DNA of 64,000 nt from a virus (IMGVR_UViG_3300032266_001600:7998-71997), one strand, 5' to 3'; positions 1 through 12,200 are shown, numbered from the stretch's first letter. Program-made: numbers and translations. Notes: generated from the sequence alone by a model not told the origin.

Positions 1-504
1 AAAACAGAAGAAAATCTTTTATTTGAAACTGCCTATCAGATTAATCCAAAAACTTATCAAAATCCAACTGGATTGCCAGTAGGAGCCGAAACTTATCCTG
101 TCATATATTTAAAATATGAAGGCGGTAAAAATAAACCATTAGCTTTTGGTGGACTTGAGCAAACAATTGGCAATGTAAGAGCAATAATATTAGCAGATAG
201 TGTTTATAATTTAGATGCTGTAACAAGCATTTTAAGAGACACTTATCAAGAATTAGTACCTTTAATATACCCTCAAGAAATGCCATTTAATTCATTAGGC
301 TCAGTAAATACTCCAGATGGATGCTTTAATTATTCAGAATATACAGAAAATAAAATTAATACAAACGATTATGCGTATATTAATGAAGTTAATGTTACTA
401 AAACAGACACTAGATTATTAAATGCTACTAATAGTTTAAATAGAAATGTATATTCTGCATTTGTTGATTTTGAGATAATAAAAAATAGATATCCAAGACA
501 ATAA
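1..504 (+). CDS. Putative tail completion/terminator-type protein, 5' truncated (frame is open to the window edge; the track start at 73 is probably not the real start)
   Basis: No in-frame stop in 1-72 (KTEENLLFETAYQINPKTYQNPTGLP...). Lies directly upstream of the tail tube gene. Function inferred from position only. Confidence 0.4.
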   Translation, partial: KTEENLLFETAYQINPKTYQNPTGLPVGAETYPVIYLKYEGGKNKPLAFGGLEQTIGNVRAIILADSVYNLDAVTSILRDTYQELVPLIYPQEMPFNSLGSVNTPDGCFNYSEYTENKINTNDYAYINEVNVTKTDTRLLNATNSLNRNVYSAFVDFEIIKNRYPRQ

Positions 505-509
505 AAATG

Positions 510-515
510 GTGTAA
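510..515 (+). promoter_or_regulatory. GTGTAA motif, putative late promoter of the tail tube gene
   Basis: Same hexamer precedes 11 gene starts in the window. Here it is 25 nt before the ATG, with GGAG in the leader. Confidence 0.6.
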
Positions 516-540
516 TAAATATAAATGGAGAAACACTAAT

Positions 541-1695
541 ATGGCAAGAAATAGAATAATTTATCAATCAGAAGCACTTTACGCTGGTCCTTGTCCAGCT
601 ACAGGTAATCATTGGACAGGAACAGATAACGCTCTACCACTATCCTTGTGGAATACCAGCGGAGATACTAATTTAGTAAAACAATTACAAAGAATTCAAA
701 CTGCAAATTACAGTTTTAATATTGATCGTACTGATGTTAATCAATTCGGTCAATTAGCAGCAGTTGATCGTGTAGTTTTAAAAAGCCCAACAGTTGCATT
801 AGATTTTAATTATCTTTTAGCAAATTTAGCTAACGAATCTACTCTTGGATTCACTATTCAAACAACTGGATCAGATGGTAGTGCAACCGATGAAGTTAGC
901 TGTATTTCTGGTATTTTGAATAAATCTCAAGATGACAGAAATTATTTTATTAAAACAACTAGCGAAGGAAGTGATGCAATTAATAATCAAAGTGCAACCG
1001 CAGGAGTAATTTCTGTAGGAAATGGATTCATAACTTCTTATTCTCAAGAAGCTTCTGTTGGAAACTTCCCAACAGCTTCAGTTAATGTAGAAGCTTTAAA
1101 TATGCGTTTTGATACAAATACTTCTGGAAGAGGAATTCCAGCCGTCAATCCTGTTAATGGAACTGAAATAGCTGGAAAAACATTTTCTCTTCCATTTGCT
1201 AGATCTAGCGTTGGAACAGATGCTAATGCTTCTGGTATTAGTGCGTTGCGCCCAGGAGATATTACCGTAGAATTACCAAGCACAATTGGTGCAACATCTA
1301 GTGGAGATAATCAATTTAATATCCAAAGTTATAAATTAAACTTTGATTTGGGTCGCACACCAATTGAAAGACTTGGAAGCAGATTTGCATTTGCAAGGGA
1401 AATCAATTTCCCAGTAACAGTAAATCTTAGCATTGACGCTCAAGTTACTGATTTAACAACTGGAAGTTTAGCTTCTATAATTGATACTGCAGTTGGTTAC
1501 AATCCAATTATTCGTATTAAAAAACCAGGCACATCAGAGCATGTCGCTAAATTCTCACTTAAAAATGCTAAACTAGATAGCCAAGATTTCAAATCTGATA
1601 TCGGTAGCAATAAGTCAGTAACATTAAACTTCAGTTCACAAATTGGTGGACCAGAAGATAAAGCTAATGGCTTATTTATAAGTGGTAAAGTTTAA
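541..1695 (+). CDS. Major tail tube protein
   Basis: 384 aa, beta-rich, with two internally similar halves (YSFNIDRTDVNQFGQ / YKLNFDLGRTPIERLGS). Followed by a strong terminator, chaperone-like genes and the tape measure. Confidence 0.75.
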   Translation: MARNRIIYQSEALYAGPCPATGNHWTGTDNALPLSLWNTSGDTNLVKQLQRIQTANYSFNIDRTDVNQFGQLAAVDRVVLKSPTVALDFNYLLANLANESTLGFTIQTTGSDGSATDEVSCISGILNKSQDDRNYFIKTTSEGSDAINNQSATAGVISVGNGFITSYSQEASVGNFPTASVNVEALNMRFDTNTSGRGIPAVNPVNGTEIAGKTFSLPFARSSVGTDANASGISALRPGDITVELPSTIGATSSGDNQFNIQSYKLNFDLGRTPIERLGSRFAFAREINFPVTVNLSIDAQVTDLTTGSLASIIDTAVGYNPIIRIKKPGTSEHVAKFSLKNAKLDSQDFKSDIGSNKSVTLNFSSQIGGPEDKANGLFISGKV

Positions 1696-1714
1696 TATAT
1701 AACATAATATATTC

Positions 1715-1745
1715 AAAAAACCCCCATTTTTATGGGGGTTTTTTT
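1715..1745 (+). terminator. Rho-independent terminator (can act in both directions)
   Basis: AAAAAA-CCCCCAT-TTTT-ATGGGGG-TTTTTTT shortly after the tube gene stop. Confidence 0.9.
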
Positions 1746-1751
1746 GTGTAA
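1746..1751 (+). promoter_or_regulatory. GTGTAA motif directly after the terminator
   Basis: Positioned to restart transcription for 1789 onward; AAGG in the leader. Confidence 0.55.
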
Positions 1752-1788
1752 ACTTATATAAGGCAAAAGGTTTTCTAAAAGGTATATT

Positions 1789-2019
1789 ATGGAATTAAAT
1801 GAAGATAAAATTAAAGAAATGACTTTATTTCAAGTCAAGAGGAAAATAACTAGTATATATAAAAATTTCTTTTTTATTCTAGAAGACTTATCTAATTCTG
1901 GATATAATATAAATGATGAAACCTATCAAAAAATACGCAAAAGAATATTGGATAACGCAAACGATGCTATAAGAGAAATAGAGGATTATTTTAATAATTT
2001 AAAAATAAATTTAAAATGA
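1789..2019 (+). CDS. Hypothetical helical protein
   Basis: 76-aa ORF, AAGG upstream, ATGA overlap with the next gene. Confidence 0.6.
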   Translation: MELNEDKIKEMTLFQVKRKITSIYKNFFFILEDLSNSGYNINDETYQKIRKRILDNANDAIREIEDYFNNLKINLK

Positions 2020-2282
2020 AAAAGACATCATTAAATTTTAATGTAAATCAAGTAATTGAAGCTAATTTAGCTATGCCTAGTATTCAAAAAACTTTAAAGA
2101 ATGAATTTAAAATATTTAATTTTAATTTTGCTACAATCACTAGCGAAAAATTTATAAATAATTATAAAACATGGCCAATTCAAAAAAAAGAACAGTTTTA
2201 TAGAACTTTAGGTGGAAATGTTTTTTCAAAAAAAGTTCAATATTTATTAGAAAATATTAATAAAAATGAGGTAACAAAATGA
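2016..2282 (+). CDS. Hypothetical protein
   Basis: 88-aa ORF coupled on both sides by ATGA overlaps. Confidence 0.6.
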   Translation: MKKTSLNFNVNQVIEANLAMPSIQKTLKNEFKIFNFNFATITSEKFINNYKTWPIQKKEQFYRTLGGNVFSKKVQYLLENINKNEVTK

Positions 2283-3034
2283 AAGAATTGTATAGTTTTC
2301 ATATATCAAAAGAGATAGAAGCAGAAGAAGTTGAAGTAGGTAAAAATGAAAAAGGAGAGGAAATTAAAACTGTTAAAAAAGTTAAGAAGAATACTCCTGT
2401 AAAAATTGTTATTAAAAAACCAAATAGATCTTTATTCGATGAAGCGGAATTGTTTTATGGAGTCAAAATCTCAGAAGGTATAAAATCTGGACTTTTAACG
2501 AGAGCTTTACTAGCGAAAAGAATTAATAATGATGGAGGAGTATTTAGCAATGAAGAACAAATAGAATATTCCACAGCATATGTTAAACTTTTTGAATTAC
2601 AAAATGAATTTCAAAAATTATCAATGATTGATAAAGAAACTAAAACTCCAGAAGAATTTGAAAAGTTTAAAACTGTTATGGAAGAAATTGAAAAAACTAG
2701 GGAAAAAATTCAAAATTTTGAAATGACTCAATCAAGCCTGTTCGAACAAACTGCAGAAAACAGAGCTAGAAATAAAACTATTATTTGGTGGTTATTGAAT
2801 ATTAGTTATATACAAGACGAGAATGGAAATAATAAAGCCCTTTTTGGAGAAGGAAATTATTTTGAAAAACTTTCTGTATATGATCACATTGAAGAAGAAG
2901 ATTTAGAATTTGAGAAAAAAGTTATACAAAAACTAGTCTATTTGATAAGTTTCTGGTATATGGGAAGAGCATCCTCAAAAGAAGAGTTTGATAATCTTGT
3001 TAAATTAATATCAAATAGCGATATTAAAATTTGA
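2279..3034 (+). CDS. Putative tail assembly chaperone
   Basis: 251 aa, charged and helical, between tube and tape measure genes; positional inference. Confidence 0.5.
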   Translation: MKELYSFHISKEIEAEEVEVGKNEKGEEIKTVKKVKKNTPVKIVIKKPNRSLFDEAELFYGVKISEGIKSGLLTRALLAKRINNDGGVFSNEEQIEYSTAYVKLFELQNEFQKLSMIDKETKTPEEFEKFKTVMEEIEKTREKIQNFEMTQSSLFEQTAENRARNKTIIWWLLNISYIQDENGNNKALFGEGNYFEKLSVYDHIEEEDLEFEKKVIQKLVYLISFWYMGRASSKEEFDNLVKLISNSDIKI

Positions 3035-4038
3035 TTTTGAAAAAAAAACATTCAGAAGAACTTAGAATATTATTTTCTGAAATTATAAAAGGATTCTCTT
3101 CTGCCTTATATAAAGAGAAAAAACTTTATTTAAAACATTTAAATGTATTAGATAGTTCTGAATTAGACTTTCAAAAAAGTAAATTCCATGATTTAGCTAT
3201 ATCTAAAGGTTTATATTCATACGAAGAAAAAGAAGATTATATCATAAAAGAGAACCTTTGGTCAAAAGATAAGGATAAAGAAATTGGGGATTTAAAATCT
3301 TTGCTTTCTAATCTTAAATTAACTAAATCTAAACTTTTTAAACAAAGTGATATAGATAATATTAAAAATCAAATTGAATTGGAAGAAAAAAAACTTAAAA
3401 GTTTATTATTTTTAAAAAACCAACTAATGGGGCTTACCGCAGAAGAATATTCTGTTAAAAAAACTAATGAATATTTCATATATTTTTCATTATATAATGA
3501 TGAGAATTTGAATCAAAAATTCTTTTCAGAAGTTGATTATGAGGATTTATTAGAAGAAGAAATAGATGAATTAACAAATATTTACAATTTAAGAATTGAT
3601 CGATTTTCAAATTTGAATTTAAAAAGAATAGGTTTATCTCCATTTTTTTTAAATTTATATAATATAGCTAATGAAAATCCTAGGGATTTATATGGAAAAC
3701 CTATAGTAGATTTAACTTATTATCAAATAGAAATTTTTCATCATGCAAGATATTTTAAGAATATTTTATCAGATAGTAAACATAAGCCTCCAAAAGAAAT
3801 TTTTGATGATCCTGACGCTCTTATTGAGTGGGTTGAGTCTTCTAAAAATGCAGATGAAATGCTTAATCAAATCTCTAGCAAAAACAAGGAATTTGTAGCA
3901 TCTTCAATTGTTGGAGCGAAAAAAGAAGATATATCTAAAATAGGAGATAATAAGAATATAATTGATATTCATGACGTTGCAAAAGAAAAAGGTGGAACAC
4001 TAAATATGGAAGATTTCCTTAAAATGCATAAAGTATAA
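3031..4038 (+). CDS. Putative second tail assembly chaperone / hypothetical protein
   Basis: 335 aa, coiled-coil rich, TTG start overlapping the upstream TGA; positional inference. Confidence 0.45.
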   Translation: MILKKKHSEELRILFSEIIKGFSSALYKEKKLYLKHLNVLDSSELDFQKSKFHDLAISKGLYSYEEKEDYIIKENLWSKDKDKEIGDLKSLLSNLKLTKSKLFKQSDIDNIKNQIELEEKKLKSLLFLKNQLMGLTAEEYSVKKTNEYFIYFSLYNDENLNQKFFSEVDYEDLLEEEIDELTNIYNLRIDRFSNLNLKRIGLSPFFLNLYNIANENPRDLYGKPIVDLTYYQIEIFHHARYFKNILSDSKHKPPKEIFDDPDALIEWVESSKNADEMLNQISSKNKEFVASSIVGAKKEDISKIGDNKNIIDIHDVAKEKGGTLNMEDFLKMHKV

Positions 4039-4085
4039 GCTTTAAATATATCTTTATAAAATATTTAATAATTAATTCTCAATAA

Positions 4086-4091
4086 GTGTAA
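4086..4091 (+). promoter_or_regulatory. GTGTAA motif
   Basis: AAGTGTAATATACTGTACG-ATG, 11 nt before the start. Confidence 0.6.
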
Positions 4092-4102
4092 TATACTGTA
4101 CG

Positions 4103-4522
4103 ATGAGAACATTTAATGGCGCCCAACTTTTTATTAATCAATTAACTTTTAGTGGTCAGTTGGATGATAGATATTTACGTTCTGCTCAAAGTAATAATAT
4201 AAAATTACAAAATCTAACTCAAAATCATAATTTTTATAAAAATGAAAGCTTTAATATAACAGAATCTGCTAATATCTTTACTGCTACTGATAGTGGCTAT
4301 TATACGGGTTTTTTACCACCAGTTGTAAGTGGAAAAATTATTACAATAAAAAATCTTGGTTCAGAAAAACCATTATCAATTAGTGGGCATATGGGAGATG
4401 TATTTGATCAATCTGATGATGTTTTAACCATTTTTTCTACTCAAGGAATTAGCGTTTTAGGAGTAATGAATGATAGTTATACTGGATGGGTTAATTTAAC
4501 TTCCACACAAGGAGTAAGTTAA
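4103..4522 (+). CDS. Hypothetical virion/fibre-associated protein
   Basis: 139 aa; beta-rich C-terminal part (GKIITIKNLG) typical of small fibre domains. Confidence 0.45.
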   Translation: MRTFNGAQLFINQLTFSGQLDDRYLRSAQSNNIKLQNLTQNHNFYKNESFNITESANIFTATDSGYYTGFLPPVVSGKIITIKNLGSEKPLSISGHMGDVFDQSDDVLTIFSTQGISVLGVMNDSYTGWVNLTSTQGVS

Positions 4523-4523
4523 A

Positions 4524-5600
4524 ATGGCGCAAATCAATTCCATCTATTATAAAGATGCTGGCAGACAATTATTTGTTGATAATGATACTAATCAATTTAT
4601 TATTTCTGGTTATAGAGTAGTAGTTGATCCTAATTTAAATAGAGACTTGTTAATTGTTGCCGCCCCATCTTCAACTGGGGATAGAGGTCAAAAAGGAAAT
4701 ATCGCTTTTGATGGTAATCATCTTTATTATTGTGTAGATACAAATCAATGGGTAAGATCAAAAATGGCCTATTGGGGAGCAAGAGATGGTTCGTATGGAG
4801 GTGGACCTACAAATGACGGAATAATTACCCCTCCTGGCGTTAATACAACCGAAATAGCTACTCCAACAAATTGGTGGCCGTTTACATCAAGCGCAAGCGC
4901 AAGTTTGGGATCTTATCAATTTCAATCTTCTCCTTATGGTTGTGTTTTTAATTCAAATGGATTTTCTAATGATGCGGGTTATGGGCATCTTTTAAATTAT
5001 ACAAGTAATCTTGTTGAACCAAGTACTTTAAATCAAGATTTTAGTATAAGTTTTGAAATTAAAAGAAGAACATATGGAGGTTTTATAATGGGTCAACCTT
5101 TTGGTAAATTAGGATTTTTCTTTAATTTTATTGATGGTACAAAAGATGAAAGAGGAGGCTTTATACAAGATGGAGAAAAAATAGGATTCAGTTTAAATAC
5201 TCATTTAGGTCCTATTTGGCAATTTCCAAGTTATAATGCTTATCGATGGAGATGCGTTGCTTCAACTGGACCAATTAGCACAAATGTTCACAGTCAAATA
5301 GTTGGCGTAAATGATGCAGCAGGTAAAACAATTAAATTATATGTTAATGGAGTTTTACAAGGAACGACTTCTTATGCTGATGCTCCTCCTGGTACAAGAT
5401 ATGAAAATCCAAGTTTTCAAGGCTGGGGTATAGCAGCAAGTCCAAACGGGAGTTATTATGGTATGCCAGCTAATCAAGTAGAATATTATTCTACTCAAAT
5501 GATAAGACATATGGGATTCTGGAAGGGATATGCATTAAATCAAAGTGAAATTACAAAATTATATAACGGAGGGGATTTTAAAACATATCCATTTGTATGA
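4524..5600 (+). CDS. LamG/concanavalin-A-like domain virion protein
   Basis: N-terminal GNIAFDGNHLYYCVDTNQWVRS fibre motif; C-terminal LamG-like FSISFEIK...IKLYVNGVLQG...LNQSEITKLYN. Confidence 0.7.
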   Translation: MAQINSIYYKDAGRQLFVDNDTNQFIISGYRVVVDPNLNRDLLIVAAPSSTGDRGQKGNIAFDGNHLYYCVDTNQWVRSKMAYWGARDGSYGGGPTNDGIITPPGVNTTEIATPTNWWPFTSSASASLGSYQFQSSPYGCVFNSNGFSNDAGYGHLLNYTSNLVEPSTLNQDFSISFEIKRRTYGGFIMGQPFGKLGFFFNFIDGTKDERGGFIQDGEKIGFSLNTHLGPIWQFPSYNAYRWRCVASTGPISTNVHSQIVGVNDAAGKTIKLYVNGVLQGTTSYADAPPGTRYENPSFQGWGIAASPNGSYYGMPANQVEYYSTQMIRHMGFWKGYALNQSEITKLYNGGDFKTYPFV

Positions 5601-6181
5601 TAACAAATAACGAAATACTTTATAAAGATGTAAATGAAAATGGCATTTTTAATGCTTATTTTGAAAATAATAATTCTTTATTTGGTTTACGCCGAAGTCA
5701 AACTTTAGGCGGTGGTGAATTTAATACTGTATCAGGCAATTATTCAGTCATTGGCGGTGGAGCAAATAATGTGAATAATGGATATGTTTCAACAATTGCT
5801 GGTGGTTTAGATAATTGCATTATAGGAAATTACGCATCAATTTTAGGTGGGAAAAATAACGAAGCCACAGGGAATTATAGTATTATTGCTGGTGGATCAG
5901 GGAATAAAACTTTTGCTGAAAATAGCGCTGTTCTTGCTGGCAAATGTGGAAGAGTTTTTCAGGCTCATTATGGAGCGACAGTTCTTGGAGATGGTGAAGA
6001 CAGAATACATAAATCTCGTGGATCAAATAGTTTAAGTTTAGATTTTTCTAATGGCGTTTATATGACTGGCTCAATATATCTAGATGGACAAGATGTTACA
6101 AATAATATAAAAAATTTAGGCGGATATTTCAAAACATTTTCAGAAAATTTAAACCAAGAATTAACTGGCGTATTTGTATAA
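5597..6181 (+). CDS. Beta-solenoid repeat fibre-like protein
   Basis: Tandem ~15-aa repeats S(V/I)I(A/G)GGxxN (SVIGGGANN, STIAGGLDN, SILGGKNN, SIIAGGSGN). Confidence 0.6.
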   Translation: MITNNEILYKDVNENGIFNAYFENNNSLFGLRRSQTLGGGEFNTVSGNYSVIGGGANNVNNGYVSTIAGGLDNCIIGNYASILGGKNNEATGNYSIIAGGSGNKTFAENSAVLAGKCGRVFQAHYGATVLGDGEDRIHKSRGSNSLSLDFSNGVYMTGSIYLDGQDVTNNIKNLGGYFKTFSENLNQELTGVFV

Positions 6182-6232
6182 TTTTAGTTTTAATTAATAG
6201 TTAGATCGAGTTTTCGTATCATAGTATTATTC

Positions 6233-6238
6233 GTGTAA
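6233..6238 (+). promoter_or_regulatory. GTGTAA motif upstream of the tape measure gene
   Basis: 28 nt before the ATG; AAGGA/AAGGG in the leader. Confidence 0.55.
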
Positions 6239-6266
6239 TATTTATTAGTACAAAGGAACAAGGGAC

Positions 6267-9200
6267 ATGGCTAGAACAGCAGCTACAATACCTATAGGTG
6301 CGGATACAAGGCAATTAGAAAGAGATATTCAAATTGCTTTATCTAAAGATTTTAAATTAAAAGGATTAAATGAAAAAGCTTTTACTCAACCTTTGGGTAG
6401 AATAACTGGCGCAACAAATGAATTCCAAAAATCATTAGATGCATCTAATGCTCGTGTTATTGCATTCGGGGCTAGCGCAGGTATCATATATCAAGTTCAA
6501 AAATCTTTTGCAGATTTAATTCGTACAACAATTGATGTAGAAAAATCATTAAAAGATATTAATGTAATATTAAACGCAAGCCCTGCAACTTTAAAAGCAT
6601 TCGGAGATCAATTATTTGATATAGCAAAAAATACTGGTCAAACATTTAAAGAAGTTGCTACAGCCGCTACAGAATTAGCTCGTCAAGGTTTAGGAGTAGA
6701 GGAAACATTAAAAAGAACTAGAGATGCTTTAATTTTAACTAGATTAAGCGGTTTAGATACAGTTAGTAGTGTTGAAGCTCTCACATCTGCAGTGAACAGT
6801 TTTTCTAAAGTTGGCTTAGATTCTACTGTAGTAATTAATAAATTGGCAAATGTTGATGCTGCTTTTGCTGTAAGTTCTGGAGATTTAGCTAATGCTATAC
6901 AAAGAGTAGGAACAACAGCTTTAGATGCAGGAGTAAATTTTGATCAACTTTTAGCTATCGTAACAAGCGTTCAACAGACCACAGCTAGAGGTGGAGCAGT
7001 TATTGGAAATTCATTAAAAACAATTTTTACAAGAATACAAAGACAAGATACTTTAGAATCTTTATCTGGAATAGGCATAGCAGTAAAAGATCTTCAAGGT
7101 AATACTTTACCAGCCATAGGAATTTTAGAGCAATTAGCTAGAAAATTTGACTCATTAAGTGATTCTCAAAAATCTGTAATAGCAGAACAAGTTGGTGGAG
7201 TATTTCAAATTAATATTTTAAAAGCAGCTTTAGGAGATTTATCTAAAGAGTATTCTGTATATACAAATGCTTTAGATGTTGCTGGAAGCTCTACAGATCA
7301 AGCTATTCAAAGAAATGAAGAACTAAATCAAACTGTTTCTGCATTATTAAATAAAACATTAGCAAATGTTACTAGGGTTGGATCTCAAATTGGAGAATCA
7401 GCTTTTAAACCAACAATAAATAATTTATTAACAACTTTAAATAAAGGTCTTGATGCTTTTAGTCTAGATACATCTACAACTGGCGGCAAAATTGGAAAAG
7501 GACTCGTAGAAGGAATTGGTACATTTATTTCTGGCCCAGGAATAGTATTATTAACAGCAATTATTGGAAAATTATTTTTAAACTTAAGTAAGTTTGCTTT
7601 AGATTCTTTAAAAAGTTTTTTAAGTTTGAATCAAGCAGCAGAACAAAGGACTTTAATACAACAAAAGATTTTAGATATAATTTCAAAAGAACCACAATTA
7701 ATTGCTTCAGTATTATCTAAACAAATAAATTTATTACAAATAGAAGATCAAATACTAAGTACAATAAAAGCTCAAACTTTAGAGAGACAAAGAGCAGCTT
7801 CTATAGCTTCTCAATTAACTGGAAATTTAGTAAATCGTGGAGTAGTCGTAGGAAAAGGTAACATTTTAACTACAAGCGCAAAAACAAGAAGTGAAGGACA
7901 TCTACCTGAAATTTATGGAGCATTAGCTGGCGGATATGTTCCTGGACAAGTGAAACAAATGATAATGCCAGGTGAAGGTAAAATTATATATAATGACGCA
8001 GAAACAATTAAAAAATTTCCAGGCATGAGTCAACCAGCAATATTACCACCATATTCTAGTGAAGCTGGAAAAAAATATGAAAAAGATTTTTCAAATAAAT
8101 TTGGTTTTAATCCTTATGCTAGTCAAGGTTTTGTTCCAAATTTTGCTTTAGCTGGAGCAAAATTAGATAGTTATATACAAAAAGAATTTGCTAAAAAAGG
8201 ATTTATTTCTATCTCTGCAGATGAAGCTGCTGTAGCTAAAAATTCTGGAATACCAGTTAAATATTTATATGGAGATTATCCATTCATAGAACAGAAATAT
8301 AGAACTAATCTAACTTCTTTATATAAAACAGTAGAAGAAGAAAAAGCTGGAGTAAGAGCGATTAATATTAAAGAACAAATGGGAGTTGGTGGATTTTCAA
8401 ATAAAAGACCATTTTCTAATTATGGAGTTGTTTTTCCATCTTTTTCTCAAGATGCTCCTGGAATTTCTGCTGGATATGTAACTGATGCAAAAAAACAAAG
8501 AAGATCTTATAGATTTAAAACATTTCCATTCCCTGCCGCAAATTTTGATATAAATGAAAAACTATATGAAGATATTAGAAAAAATTTAATAGATATATCT
8601 GCTAATTATTTTCGAGGTTTAATAACTAAACCTCAATTAGTAGACACAAATAGATTTAAAGTAAATATACAATCAAATTTAAGTCGTAGTGCAGTAGAAT
8701 CTTCTTTAGGTCAAGTATTTGAAGCAGGTATAAAATCTTCTATAAGTTCAACAACATTAAGCGAAATTGAGGGATTTGATTTATCTGCAGATGAACTTTC
8801 TAGAATTCAAAAAAGATTTAAATTACCTTATGGAAATTTTGGCGTAGCTTCTCAAGTAGATTTAAAAAATTCTCTTTCAGAAGGCAATTTGAATAGTATG
8901 GCAAGAAAGATATATCGTTTTGAAAATCCCGCAGATAATATTTCTAAAACAAAAGCTAGGTATAATGGATTTATACCTAATTTTGCTGCATTACAAAAAG
9001 CTCTGGATGCTGAAATAGCGATGGGTGGGCAACCAGTTATTGATTTTCAAAAAAACATAGGTCTTTATGTAAGAGATGGTAATACTCAAAAAAGTTTTTC
9101 AGATGTAAAAAAAGATCATCCAGAAGGCATGCAAAATGCTATAAAAAATTCTAAAATTTTACAAACTTCATTTAATAGAGGATTCACTCCAAATTTTGCT

Positions 9201-12200
9201 CCATTAGTAAACACTTCTAAACCTATTTCTCCTTTAAGCCAGCAAATTGCTGAAGCGAATATAAGAGGAGGATTAAACTATTCTAATCTACAAACATCAG
9301 TTAAAATTTTAGAAGATGCTGGAGTAAGAAATGCATATTCTATAAATAATGCGACATCTCGATTAACTAAATTTGGTGATTCAATGAGGAATATTGCTTC
9401 TACAGTTGATAGATTTAATCAAAAAATGGAAGGAACAATATTAACTTTATCATTTTTAGCTCCTAGCCTTATTCAAACAGCTGCTCAGTTTGCTCCTCAA
9501 AATGCAGCGACTCAAGCGAAATATAATACAGCTTCGCAAGTTACTCAATATGGAGGATTAGGTTTTCAAGCTGGAATTCCTTTGGCTGCAGCTGCTGCTC
9601 CAGTAATAGGACCATATGCTGCAGCTATTCCATTAGCAACTGCTGCAGTTGGTGCAGGTTATGGAGCTTATGCTGGGAGCAAACAGGGAGAGGAAATGCT
9701 CAAACAAGAAAAAGTTCAAAGTTTAAGTAAAGAACTAGCTATACTACAAGATAGATTTAATCAAACACAAGGAGCAATTCAACAAGTTACTCCCTTGATC
9801 GATCAATACAAAAGAACATTAAGTTTAGAAGGACCTAATGATATCAAACAGGCTAATTTAGATATTATTTTTGAAAAAATTGTTGATCAAGTTTCTATGC
9901 TTCCTGTAGATATACAATCTGGAGTTCTAGATAAAATTAGAGAAGGAAAATTTGAAGAAATTGGATCTTTAATGGCTCAAAATTTCGCTAAAGGGGCAGC
10001 AGAAGTAAGATCAAAAGAAATTGCAGTATTTTTTGAAAGTTTAAATACTCAAGGTGGAATTCAAAGCAAAGAAGAAGCGAAAGTAGCAGCTAGAGCACTT
10101 TTAGATGTTAGAAGTAATGAAACTGGGCTTAGGTATACAACGACATTAGCTAAAACAGAAGAAGGTAGGAAAAAAATTGATAATGTAATTGGTCAATTAA
10201 ATGATTTATCTCAATTAAAAGGTATAAAAAATAATGTAGATTTAAAAACATTACAAGGCGTAGAAACCTCAATAGATTCTACGGGTCAATTAACTTTATC
10301 AAAACAACTAGCTGGCAAACAAGGCTCAATGCAATATGCTGGAGCTTTTGTTGATAGCTTGATGAAGGATATGAGCAATACTAAAGGTAAAGATTATTTA
10401 GCAGATGGAAAAGCTCCAGAAAATAATAAAAAAATTGCACAAGAAACTGCAAATGCAGCTTCAACTTTAGAAAAATTTGTAGATACATTAAAAGAAATTT
10501 ATACAGATGCCGATGGCAAAGTCGCTCCAGAATTTGAAGATGTAGCAAATAAAGCTATTAAAATAGCTATAAGTTCAGGAAATTTAGATGATGCAGTCAA
10601 ATTTACTGTTGAAGAATTGCGAAGAACAAAAGCTGCAGCTGGTCAATTAACAGAAAAATTTTTACGTTCAATACAAACTACTCAAGATTTTATAGATTCC
10701 TATAGAAATGATTTAAAGAAACTTGGTGCATTAAGCGCTGGAAATATTCAAACTTATTTAAAAACTTTAGGACAAGGAGAAGATTTTGCGCCAGATAAAT
10801 TATTAGGAATGGAATACGAAAAACAATTAAGACAAATAAATTCTGATATTTTAAATCAAGACCGAAGAGATGAAGTTGTCAAAAATATAACAGAACAAGA
10901 AGTTATATTAAGAGAAAAATTAAAATCAAGAATAATCACAGAAGATCAATATAGGAATGCTCTTTTAGCGTTAATTGAAAATCAAAAAACTGAAAATAAA
11001 AGAGCAAACGGTTTAATGTTTGCGGACCAATATAAACAAGAAAAACAACAGCAAAGAGAAACAAGATTATTAGCTGGAAAATCAGTAGGCGAAGGAAGAA
11101 AAGCTTTAGATGTTGCTGATGCATTTTTTACAGAATTTGATTATAAAACTGAAGATTTATATAGAGATTTACAAAATGGGGCTATGGATACAGCTAAAAC
11201 TATAAAATCTGAAATGGGAAATGCATTTCAAAGTATTATAGATAATTCTCAAACAGCAGATCAAGCATTTACAAATATGGCTTTGAATATTTCTAGACGA
11301 ATTCAGCAATTAGCATTAGAAGCAGCTATAAGTCAAACATTTTCATCCTTATTTCAAGGAACTGGTTTATCAGATATATTTAAATTTAGTTCTGGTGGAC
11401 CAGTTAAAAATTATGCTACAGGAGGAGAAGTAACAGGCGGATCAAAACAAAAAGACGATGTACTTTCTCTTTTAATGGGAGGAGAATATGTAATTAAAAA
11501 ATCTGCTGTTAATAGATACGGAGTCAATTTCTTAGATCAATTAAATAATTTAAAAATTCCTAAAATGGCAGATGGAGGAGTTCTCAGAAAAGGAGGCGAA
11601 TCTCAATATATTTCAATGACTAACACTTCAAGAAAACCTTCTGCGGAAGAAGTAAATGCTTCTGAAGCTATGAGATTAGCGCAATTGCAACGAGACGTAG
11701 TTGATTTACCAGGAGAAAATCCTAATTCTGGAGGAGGATTTTTTTATCAAGGTACTGCAAATTATCAATACAATGATCCATTATATCCAACTGATGGACA
11801 ATTCAACATAGATTCAAACTTAAATGCTGCAGCTTTATATGATACAAATAATCCTCAAAATGATATACTTAAACAAAGATATGTAGATTTACAAGATTAT
11901 TTAGCAGAAAGAATAAATTCTAAAGATGCATATGATAAACAATATGCAGAAGAAATTAAAAATATAGAAGAAGCCAATGCAAGACAAAGGCAAATGATTG
12001 ATCAAATTAATCAAGCCCAAAGAAACGCCTATTATCAAGCAAGAAATAATCAATTAATTGGTGGGGCTTTAACTGCTGGAACAATTTTAGGAGCAGGAGC
12101 ATTTAGTCAATATGTTAGTCCATATATTAAAAATTTCTTAAGTCCAGGAGGAGGAAGTCCATTTAAAGCTGGAAATCTATTTGGCTCAAGCGAAATAAGA

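Noticed and set aside
3020-3050. Programmed -1 frameshift joining the two chaperone-like ORFs (lambda G/GT style)
   Set aside because: The -1 frame has a TAA at 3025-3027 and is open only from 3028, and there is no in-frame XXXYYYZ heptamer before the TGA. A TTG restart explains the overlap.
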